Source: Tubiluchus corallicola
Lineage: Eukaryota; Animalia; Priapulida
Length of the DNA: 64,000 nucleotides
Reading direction: 5' to 3'
NCBI GenBank assembly: GCA_030141605.1
Contig: JAQGDQ010000533.1
Coordinates: 1 to 64,000 of the forward strand
Part shown: one piece after another, positions 25,983-37,900 of the stretch
Numbering within the stretch: position 1 is the stretch's first letter
Layout of the letters: each line of letters opens with the position of its first letter
The notes under the pieces: model-generated
What the model was told of the DNA's origin: nothing
The model's database searches: none
What the model saw: only the letters and a program-made list of their open reading frames with translations
Made by a program: the position numbers and the translations under genes

Positions 25983-28900
25983 ATGGCTGCCGATGAAGTG
26001 ATGGAAATTAGCATCGAAGAAGATGTTGCGGAAAACACGGCCAAGGAAAATGCAGCAGCAGACAATGCTTTTAAGCGTACAATTGCGCCAAGAACTGAAG
26101 CACATACTTCAAAAAGGACAGGTTATGAACTTCCTTGGTGAGTAATTTACCTGTTTATGACTTGTAAATAAACCAATATTTAACGCAATATAACTTAAGT
26201 GTTTATAAGTGCATAAGTAACTGAAATTAGAGCTAGAACCACACTTTTTTGTGGTTGTTTAACTTATTTTGATTAAGTACATGATTTTTTGTTTTACTTC
26301 TAGGGTCGAAAAATACAGGCCAACGGAGCTGAGTGATGTTGTCGGCAACCAGCAAACAGTCGCACGTCTCTCTGTATTCGCCAAACAAGGAAATGTGCCA
26401 AATTTAATTATTGCTGTATGTTGATTAATTAAACTTGCCTCTTTCGTAACCTGTCCAAGATTTCATGCGTGCAGTTTGCAATGATTGCCATCGAGCATGA
26501 AATGCCTTCATTCCATGTATCTACCTTAGTTTACACAAAGGCTTAACAATCTCACACGTAAAATTTTTTCATGCATGGATTCCTTATACCTGATTTTAAA
26601 TTTTCATTTAATGACAAGTATCCTCAATGGGGAATGGGAAGTATCAAGATTTTTAAAAACTTTCTAAGTTCTATCTCAGATTTGCTTGAAAAAATTCTCA
26701 AAAATACCTGAGTGCGTGTGATGAACAAATTCAACATTTTAGAGCCTAACTCCTAGTTTTTGAGTTATTGATTTTTTAAAGCAAAGTGTATGCCATTTAT
26801 TTTTATTCGCGACTGCCCAATTTACAATTTTGTAGAAAACTCATTTTTTTGTGACAGATTGCGATTTATAGATTTTCAGAAACATAGAAGCAAAAAAGCT
26901 GATTGGTTTCATATTGCAACCATGTTAACTAGGTGTCAATATCTTCATTTTGACTATTGTGACAGATGAGTAAATTATGAGCTTCTAAAATGCTTTTGAA
27001 AAATAAATGAGAAAAAATGACTCCACAGTCCAAGAGGTATTTTGCTGTGTTGGCAAAGTTCTACTGAAGCCATTAAAATTTCACATGCAGTACCAAGTAC
27101 ACTAATGTGTACTTGTGGTCCAATTTTCAGCTTTAAGCCAAACTTCCTTCCTTCCGACACAGCATAACACTACTCGTATTAATGGTGACCACTAACTTCA
27201 CCTAAAATACCTAAAGAAACTGGGGCATTGTACATGTTGGACAACCTTGCATCTTGCATCATTATACCCCATCTATCTTTCCCAAGAACTCAGGACTTAA
27301 AAACATTTACAGTTCCGTTGCAGCTGGAAATTCCTCATTTTATGACTTGACTTTTTCCATTGTTGTCTGTCAGACTGTCTGTTAAAAAATAGGCACTAGT
27401 TGCCGTCTCTCCGAGCTGTCTGTTAATCATGTTAAGTTGATTGCATGTCCATGACTCATCTTATTCAGAATTAATTGAAACTTTTCAATTATGACTGTGT
27501 TGTATAGATAATTAACTAGGCCTATATAGTGGTGGTGGTGGCGGCGGCGGTAGTGATAGTTCTTTTGAGAACTTTGTGATTATTATAGACAATGTGAACA
27601 CTTAAAACATTGTGGAATATACAGGTTGGGAAAGTTGAAACAGATGATGAAATCTCTGAGATGATGAGGTGGAAGTTTCCTGTTAGCTGTTAGATCGTAT
27701 TTCAGTGGATGATCTTTCGTGGTGATTCAGTGGAAGGTCCAACGGCTGCTTAAATTTTTTCAACGAAGAGGCTAATTTAACAATGTATAAATTTCTAGAA
27801 TCGTACAAGTATTAAAATCAGCAAGTCCTGTTCTACATTTGATCTTAGTCTTAATAATAATGGTCATGCTCTCGCAGTGCAAGAGAGAAGAAAGACTAGT
27901 AGGGAAATGTATCACACAATAACAAACAGCTTTGTTGAAATTTTCCGATGATGAAAAATATTCTTTGTTTATTTTTGGCATTGATAAACAGTTTGTTTAT
28001 TTATTTGTTAGGGACCACCAGGTACAGGCAAAACCACAAGCATCCTCTGTCTCTGGCGAGCACTTCTTGGTCCATCATTCAAAGATGCCGTGTTGGAACT
28101 GAATGCGTCAAACGAAAGGTAAGTTTTAAGCATTGTGTATTACAACCTGTCTGTGGAAAATCAACTGTTGATTTGTATTGAATCTACTTTATTTAAAGGA
28201 AAACAGGACGGTTTTTCAGATTCTATCCCATCTTAAGGTATAGTAAAACGTAAACATTTTAACGCAGGTCTATAATAATGCCAAAATGTACCTGATCATT
28301 AAATACCTGTTTAGATGGCCACTTAATTAGTTAATTAATGGGTGTAAATATAATTAGTGATGATGTCAGAAAAGAACACGATTTTCAGATGGTAAAAGGA
28401 TTCCATGAGCATGTTGCAGATGTTTACAAAAGCGAAAATTGAAATACATCACTACTGTGCAGCACTGACTGCGATTTACACACAACTTGGTGAATTTCAA
28501 GTTCAAAATTTAAATTCCAAACTTTCTAGGGATGCAGCGAAACCCGATTTTATCAAACCGAACCGGTGCCGAATTTTTCACACCTTTTTAGCCGAACCGA
28601 TTTTCTACAACTTTATTTTGGCGAAACGGAATTGAGCCGAATTTTACAAAAAAACTTTTACCGAAACCGAATTTAACCGTTTCAGTAGTTAAGGTGGCCT
28701 CAGCAGGTTTTTCAAAAGGGGTTTATTTTCACACTTGGAAAGGTAAAATTTTTATATTACGTAAACCCCTTGATATGTCTGCAAATTTCACCTTGATAAC
28801 TCAACCAATAAGTAACCAATACTTGAATCAATTTTCATTAAAAGATAACAATATAGTACCATATATACGTGTGTACAAGCTAACCTTATGTACAAGTCGA

Positions 28901-31900
28901 TGTGCATTTTAAGACCAACACTTGCATCATTTTATATATTACCTGTCTACCAGTCGACCATAAAATATTAAGGTCTTCCAGGGTAAATGAATATAGGAAT
29001 ATAGGCCTACGTCAGAACTTTGACTTTAGTAAACAGTATTAATTTTACAATGATGCAATTAAATCTTGTGGTTCATCACGTTCCCATTTGAAGAAAAAAT
29101 AATAATTTACTAAAATTAATACCCCTGCATAGTTGTGTTTTATCTACGCGTGCATATTGGTAATCGATATTTTGACAATAACACGCATATACAAGGCCAG
29201 CGGAAGCTGACAGGCGGCAGCACCTGCACAGCATTGGTGATTTCCATGTTCTGATCGAGTGCTCCGTCGCTAGTTTATTTACCGGTAATATATAGATTTT
29301 AACTTAATTTCATATAAGTTAAAATAAATTACAGTAATACTTGTTAATTTTGTGAAGTAATGTCAAGATGCAAATATTCTCTGATGTGAAGTATCACAGT
29401 ATGAGTGTTCATTTAGTCCAGCGTATAATGAAGGATTATTTCTCTACATATTCGTATTGTAGACGACTCTTAAACGACATCTCCCAAAAACGTATCGTAA
29501 GTATAAGTCGACCCCAAAAATTTCACCTTAAAATCGCCTCCCAAAAATTCGACTTGCACATAAGTATATACGGTAATTACTTTAATATTGCAGCTTAATC
29601 AGTAATCGTGTAGCCAACATTTTACTTATTGTATCAGAGTCTCGAATATTTTACATTAATCCTAAAACTGCTGTGTTAAAAACCCAATGAATAAAAAATC
29701 TCGCTTGCTTGGTTTGATAACCAAGACTTACCGGCACTTGACACAGTTACACTAAGTTCACCGAATAGTGTTGACAGTAATTATAAATCTACGCAAAATT
29801 CACAATTTCTTCTGCTAAATTAACAAAAAAACCACGTGTCCGCACATCGTAGAAATGAAAGCATCGGCAGGTGAATGACTTCACAGCATCTGTGCGCATC
29901 ACCCCAAATGGCAAAATTTTATGAGCTAGTTCAAGTTGCCAGTCTACCACGTGCAAACAGTTTTCTTGAAAAATTGTCGGTTGGTTCTGCCAGTCTTAGT
30001 TGTATTGTTTAATCGCGGCAATCGTCCGACAAATTATACAAAGGAACTTTTTACTGGTCACATCCGAAGTTATTTAAATAAACCGAACGAATCGAAACCG
30101 AATTTCGCAAAATTTCCACCAAATTTCTTAGAAAAAATTTGCCGAAACAAAACTTTACCAAGTTTTTGTTTTGACCAACGAAACGAAATGAATCCAAAAA
30201 ATTTTTAACCGAAATCCTGCTGTTTCCAAATTTCGCTGCATCCATAAAACTTAACGCTGTGCCAACATGCGATTTCACCAAAAGTGTGTGCTACATCACA
30301 AATGAACTGAGAACTACATCGCAACTGAACACAAATCAGCGGTCTATTTCCAAGATGCAGGCATTGTGTCTATCTAACTAGCAAATGGCAAAACGTATGT
30401 AAAAACATATGTATGTAAATGTATGTATGTACGAAAACTAACGACGCGAACGTGAAAGTGAATCATCATTGAAGGAACAATATTTTTCCTTTTAATATTT
30501 TATAAATTCGTTTTGCTTTAATGCCAAACTATTTGTGTCGAATTAATTGGCTACAATTTTGCGTATTACACTATTTTTCCTTTGTCCACGACTTGTTTGG
30601 GCTAAATTGTTTTTGTTAAATTTTTTTAGTACTCTGACACGTTTATGTTCGTTCTGTAGGTGCCTCTCAGATAGATAAAATTCTCTTGCAAGTTTTTATG
30701 TTTTAAACACTTTTTTGTTTCCAACTTAACGTGTGACATATATGCAGATAAAAATCAAATGATAATGCTATGTGTGTGTGTGTATGTGTGCGTGCGTGCG
30801 TGTGCGCTAGTAATACTAAATAATGCTATTTGACACTGTATTTATATACCATGTGTGAATAATACGGTGATTGTTTTAACTTACTGCATAGAATGTACTA
30901 GCCTTTACAATTTTGGTATAGTAAAAAGTTTTTCGGATGGTAGGATACAGTGTTGTCAGCACTTGACTCGTGGTTTGTGAAAAATATGTGGCTCCATCTA
31001 GTGACAATAATAAGAAAGTATGGTAGACAATTGCTTCTGAAAGCCATTTAACTGGCAGTGCCTGAAAATGTATTGCTAATTTTTCATTTTTTTTTTGCTT
31101 TTAGAGGAATTGACGTGGTGAGGAATAAAATTAAAATGTTTGCTCAGCAGAAGGTGACGCTGCCGAGAGGTCGACATAAAGTCGTTATTCTTGACGAAGC
31201 TGACAGGTGATGAGATATCTGTGCGCATTAGGGCTGAGATGGTTAGGCTTTTAACTAACCGTTTACACGTTCCCCATGACATCATACATCAAAGGTGGAT
31301 ACAGGTTTTAGAACAACGGTGGGCCCAAGAGAAAAGCAGTTAGGGTGTCTGAGTGAGCAGTGTAAGCCTCCACTGCGAGGTCCACCCGGACAACAATGCA
31401 TTTTGCTGCATTTCAGACCACTTTTCTGCCTTATAGAAACCATTTCTAGGAAGTTCACTAGTTTAGAACAGGTGTCACCTCAGCTTTGACTCAAAATTAC
31501 ATACCACTGTATTGATATACACTATACAGCATACATGATGTATATAACCTTCGTTTTTTATCTTGTGATATATGATTTTTACAGATATAAGGCACCTTTA
31601 GGATCTAGCAAATTGTTCTAATGCTTATAATTCAGAGAAAATATTAGTTTGGTGTGTTGTAACAATTACTGTGCAAGGGAGGGTCCAGGCCCCTTGAGCC
31701 CACCCCCTAAATCCGCCACTGAAAATATCGAAAACACCTGACATACTAATATGAAGTCGAAGCAACTAATGTGAAGCAATGAAGAAATTGCCTAACTCTA
31801 ACCCCATTATACAATCATAGAAATAATAACCACATACATTTAGGTAAACATATTTGCATTTCGTCTGTTTTCGTTTGCATTTTTATATTTTAAAATTAAT

Positions 31901-34900
31901 AATTCATTCACTCCTTGCACGAGTAAGCGGTGCTGTTCAAATCTGGCATGTGCCACCAAGAATATCCAACATATCCATCATCCTCGTAACATGCGCGAGT
32001 GAAAAACTTTTTGCAAGTTACCGTTTAGATGCTTCTTAGGCAACCAGATTAGTTGAAACAATGTTGTAAATTTTATGTAAGCAGGACATCGCTAACTGCA
32101 TACACCAACTCAGAAAAGATGCAAGGTTTCATTAATACGGATACGTAGAAAATTTGGCTGAGTAATGGTTAAACGGTTAGTGATTTTCTGAATGGTTGCA
32201 CCAGTTAGCGGTTGGTTAAACGTTTAAGCGCTTAGTGCACATTCAGGAGATCAGCTAATAATCGTTTTGATGTCATCCTAAAAAAAACTTTCCACACAAA
32301 GTTATGTTAGTTAACATTACAATTACCTGTTTGTAGTTAGAAAAGAGAATTCTTAATTTAAAATGTTCATGTCAACTGATAAAACTGTATCTTTTTCCCA
32401 TTGATTCAATAAAAACTCACTCTTGATCTTATTGACAATATAAAGCAATTTATATTTTTGCTTGACAAAGAGTGCGCTACGAATGGTCTGATTATTTTTT
32501 CTTAACTCAATGTTACCTAAACTTATTTCGAACGACTTATCTTTAATATGGTTGCGCTTAATGGTCATCGCGGCAGTTAAAGTTTACAGGTTTTATACAG
32601 CGTTACTGCTAACGCAAGCTCTGTGCACAGCAGGGCAGTGTGTAAGTGATGCAAAATTTCTAGACTAATTTTTTTAAGCATTATTTATGAAGACTAAATT
32701 GATTAAATACAGCTTCAATGGTGCTTTTTATAACAGAGTGTTAACCAAGACATAACACGATACATTTGCAGAATTTTGTGATGTAGCAGACAAAATAACA
32801 TAACCCATTGTTGTCATTATGTTTGGTTTATAGTGACAGCTAATATGCTCTAGTACCTGTAAAGTGAAAACTTTCTCTTTCAGCATGACAGAAGGAGCTC
32901 AACAAGCTTTACGACGGACCATGGAAATCTATTCCAATACAACAAGATTTGCACTGGCCTGCAATGCTTCGGACAAAATCATAGGTTTGACATACAATGT
33001 GTTTTCAATGATAATAACATGCCTATCCACTTGATTTTGAGTGCTACTAGTTTCAGGGCTGCTCTAAGGTTATATCACTGACAGGTTTCCATAATAATGC
33101 ATTACCATTTTTTAGCTTAAATTCTTGACATTTCAAGCATAAAGATTGTTTTTCTTAAACTATATGCATAAAGATTGTTTTTCTTAAACAATACTGCGTA
33201 TACAGAACTCGTACAAATTACGTCGTCTACTGGCAACATTTAAAGAAGTCCAGGACCAATTTTAAAAGTATGGCTTAAAATAATTTAAGCATAAAACATT
33301 GAAAGAGAGCTTAAAAGTGGCTTTCCTGAAAGAACTATTATCACAGATGTTTAATTTCACTTTCGCGCCCTGTTACATACATTTTACCATGCGCTAGTTA
33401 AATGGTCACAGCGCACTGGTCAATGGTCATCTCGGAAACGTGTTGCACAAAAAACAGGCGCTGTACCTCTGAGTTCATTTCTGACTTAGCGTACATTTGC
33501 GATGAAATCCCATGACGACACAGATGTACACAAGCTTGGAATTTAAATTTCTAATCAAATGTGCCCAATTTTTGTGTATTCCCCTGAATGTTATACAGTA
33601 GCACTGTTCTTCATATTTCACTTTTGCAAACATGTGCAACATGCTCGTAGAATGTTTCTGCTGTTCAAAATTAAGTTCAGTAAGCTTTGTCACAGTTCCA
33701 CCAATGGATGATGATCGTGAAAATATCAAAGTTTAAGTGTACCAGACAACACATTTGTGTACACTTGACAATGCCTCGCAACCTATGCTACTCTAATAGT
33801 ATCAGTTTTAACAGCTAGCAAGAAGCAAACCTAGTTCATATTTTCTTGTTCCCTAGCAAGAGCCTGCTAGTAAAAAACTCTACTCACAAATCAATGCATA
33901 ATTAAGTAAAATCCATGTAAACAGCTGAAGTACTGAACTGATGTGGCAGGCAGTTTTTTTACCCACAAATCAATGCATAATTAAGTAAAATCTATGTAAG
34001 CAGCTGAAGTACTGAACTGATGTGGCAGGCAGTTTTTTTACCCACAAATCAATGCATAATTAAGTAAAATCCATGTAAACAGCTGAAGTACTGAACTGAT
34101 GTGGCAGGCAATTTTTTTACCCACAAATCAATGCATAATTAAGTAAAGTCCATGTAAAACAGCTGAAGTACTGAACTGATGTGGCAGATGGCTTTGTTTT
34201 ACCCACGTGTTACGTGATGGCTGTAGTTAAGATGCGTTGCTGTGGTACACTTAACTTTTGTCCTACAGCAACCCGCGCCTGCGTACAACGAAAGTGTGAA
34301 AAGGCCTATTGTGGTGTCATCAGTAGCTGAGCTTAACAGTTGTTAATTAAGTTTTAAGCTGGTATTTAATTATCAGAAACACTTTGGCGTTATTATAAGT
34401 GTTAAAATGTAAATTTTTTGCCATACTTCAAAATAGAACAACATGTGAAAAGTCATCCTGTTTTTCTTTAAGCCGAGTTGTAAAAGCACCATAGGTATTT
34501 TTGAAATTCTCTTTTCTTTGTGTATAGCGTACTGTATCCATTGTTCTAGCTCACGGTGTCATGATGCTAAAATTGTCGCTGGTGTGTTTTGCAGAGAGCC
34601 AAAAAACTTCAAAACTTTGAAAACTTCAAAATGTACAAACAGATGTCAGCACTGACTTAGTGGTAATGAAAAACTAAAGTTTAAAGCAAAACCAGACCCA
34701 ATCTTAAACTGTAGGTCAAAAAACCTACTAATTGAAATATTGAAAGGGAACATAGAATTTTTTCAAAAATGACTTACGTGAAAGAATTATTACCACACAA
34801 ATACGTTTTCGCATTCATGCCACTACTTCTTAGCTGTTACATGCATTTTGCCATTCGCTAGTAAGACGGGCACTAGCGCCTGCATTTCGGAAACGCATTA

Positions 34901-37900
34901 CACAAAAACCCGGTGCTGTACCTCTCCGTTCAGATTCGAATGCGCATGCACACACAGCAGTAAATTTGAAATTTGAATTTTTAGCTTAAAACATGCCTAG
35001 TTTTAGTACAACACAGTGAATATCTTACAGTAGCACTGTACTTCAATTTTCGCTTTCGCAAACACGTGCAACATGCTCGTAGAATATTTTTGCCGTTGCA
35101 AATTAAGTTAGTTTGTAACGTCATCAATAGCTGTGCTTGCCTGCCGTTAATTAAGCTTTTAATCTATTATTTAATTATCAGAAACGCACTTACAGTATTA
35201 GTTGTGCTAAAATGTATACTTTTTATCGGATTTGAAAATGTGTAGTATATGAAAAATCATTCTGTCTTCCTTTAAAACTACAAATCAAAATTAATAATAG
35301 ATTGTAAATTAAATACTCGCATCTGCGACACACGCTAATGAAAATATTACTCAATTTGTAAAAAAAATTAGAGGAAATCTTCTTTGTTGTAGTTTGCTTG
35401 TAAGAGCATCAAAATAGTTGTAAATTATTTTTGTTTTGGCGATGGTAAACCTTACTGACATACATCAAGTGAACGGTAGTTTCTTCCCAGCATAAGGCAC
35501 GTCTTCCGGTGAATGCCATCCCTAAACAGCTGTTCTCTTTGTTGTGAGACTGCAGAGATCACAAACCCTCCATTATGGCTTGGACGGGTTGTAGTTGGTA
35601 ACTTTAATTGCATTTTTAGAACCCATTCAGTCGCGATGTGCCATGCTACGATACTCCAAACTCTCTGATGCAGAAGTCCTGGAGAGGCTGCTCGTCGTGT
35701 GCGAACACGAGACCGTCAGTTACACCAACGACGGCTTGGAAGCCATTGTGTTTACAGCTCAAGGTGATATGAGACAAGCGTTGAACAACATGCAATCCAC
35801 GGTGTCTGGCTTCGATCATGTCAACAGTGAAAACGTTTTTAAGGTAACAAGTTATGTGATTTTTGCAGAATGTAAATTTGGCTTTCAGATGCATGCTTGT
35901 CTTTTTTGCTGAATGAAATTTTTGTCATTGATAAAGCCTAGTATGTCGGCTCTTGGGCTTGCTTTGCTAACTACCCCACTGCGCTTTGTGTTTGAGGTTC
36001 CATTTCCCCTCATAACAACAAGTTCAAAAATATGGTACCTTTCTATACTGTTTGAGGACGACCACAAGGAGGAAATCGGAAATCAACATCATTGTTTATT
36101 ACTGATGTTGAATACTTGTGGCAGGAATGGAATATAGCTCATTAGTCTCAATAATAACGGACTTTGAAGGTTGCTGATGATTACCCTTCCATTTGCTAAC
36201 CAATTCTTGTGCTGCTTAACTTTTTGTCTAAGCAACATACTGTTACCATGCATTTATTCTGTTTGCCTAAAATGCTGTCTTGCTGTACTAGGATGATCAT
36301 AGTTTGTGTCTTTCTCTCCTAGTTACTGTGACTGCAGCCAGTGATGATTTCGTTTTCTGCTTTCATGTTTTTCTTTATGCTTTTACTTGCTGTGTTTCTA
36401 TGATTTTTATATGTGATTGTATCTTTATTATTTTTTTATTTGCAAATAATAAAAAACCAAAAAAGTAGTACTGGCTTTCTACTGTCATTATTTTTCCCAT
36501 TTTACGTTTTTTGTCAACTGATGGTAAACTGCATTGGCAGTTTGAAACTTTCTTCTTCTTCATTATTTTAATTGCCACTTTTTTATAATTATCTCTATTC
36601 TTATCATTCCTACATACTGCCTTATTGTGCATAGGGCTTGTATTAGCAGCAACGCTGTATAAAACTTGAAAATTTCTCGTGATGACCGTTAGGTGAAGCC
36701 ATTTTGATTGTAGGTTATTTGAAACAAGTTTAGATAACATTGCGTAAAGTTTGAAAAAATCATCAGAGCATTCGTAACGCACTTGTTACTAACTAAGCAA
36801 ATGTTCAAATTATTTTATTTCGTCAACAAGATCAATAACGTGTTTTTTGACAAAGCAGTGCTGTTTTACCAGTTGGCTCAAAGATTTTAAATTATTAAGA
36901 ATTTATGCAACTAAGCGTAATGTTAGCTAATATAACTTTACATAGAAAATTTTTTGAGACAAAGTGTAACATTGCCCTTTCTTTCCCTTTGAGCTTGTGT
37001 TACTATAGATGCTACTTCACGGATGTTTGACTTTACATTCTTATAATTGTCCAGTTCGCACATTTGTGTTATCTAGGTATGTGATGAACCACATCCGTTG
37101 CTTATTAAAGACATGCTGCAGCACTGCGTTAATGGCAACATTGATGAAGCATACAAAATCATGGCTCATCTGTGGAAACTTGGCTACTCGCCAGAAGACA
37201 TCATCACTATCGTATTCAGGGTGTGCAAAACTCACAACATGGCAGAGTATTTGAAGCTGGAGTTTATAAAGGTGACTTTTCCTTTTTAAAGTGCCGTATT
37301 TTGAATCTCCTCTTTCTGGTGTTAATGTTTCAGGGCTGAGTGTTTTTGGCATCACATCGCAAAATGCTATCCAATTTTCGCCAGGTGCTACACGATTTTA
37401 CTTTTTGTATCGCACTCGTTAATCGATTTTTGTGGAGTTATTTAGTTATTAACAAAATATCACAAGTTCTAAAGTTATCTGATTTGAGTTTATAAATATT
37501 CAAAGTAAAACTATCAAGTTCGTCACTGGTAGTATAGCCACATAATCTCTAACCACAAACTCTATCTGCTCCACACTTATGGTACTCTCTGTCTCGTAAG
37601 TGGGAACTACTTTACAAGTTACTTTCGGCAAGTCATTGCAACCTGTCCAGCAGTTGCTGCAAGTTCTGAACGTCGCGGCAAGTTACTGTTGGCAAGTATT
37701 GAAAAGTCTGCAACATTTGATACGAATCGAATTACTGTCTAGGGTGTATGCCTAGACGAGTCACTCTCAAGACTTCTCGCAGTGAATAGAGAAGCGAGTG
37801 TCAGCTCGTGCTTATTGCTGTCCAGTTTGAACGCGCAAATTACTTGCTGAGTCGTCATTAGTCAGAACGCGATGGGTCACTAAATTGCAACCACGTGCCA

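Larger units (their letters stand above)
28193..30521. mobile_element. TTAA-flanked Kolobok-like non-autonomous element (family B) interrupted by two nested insertions
   Basis: Ends ttaa|aggaaaacaggacg and ttttgct|ttaa. Both halves match the reverse complement of the uninterrupted copies at 34681-35275 and 60375-60995. Confidence 0.7.
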
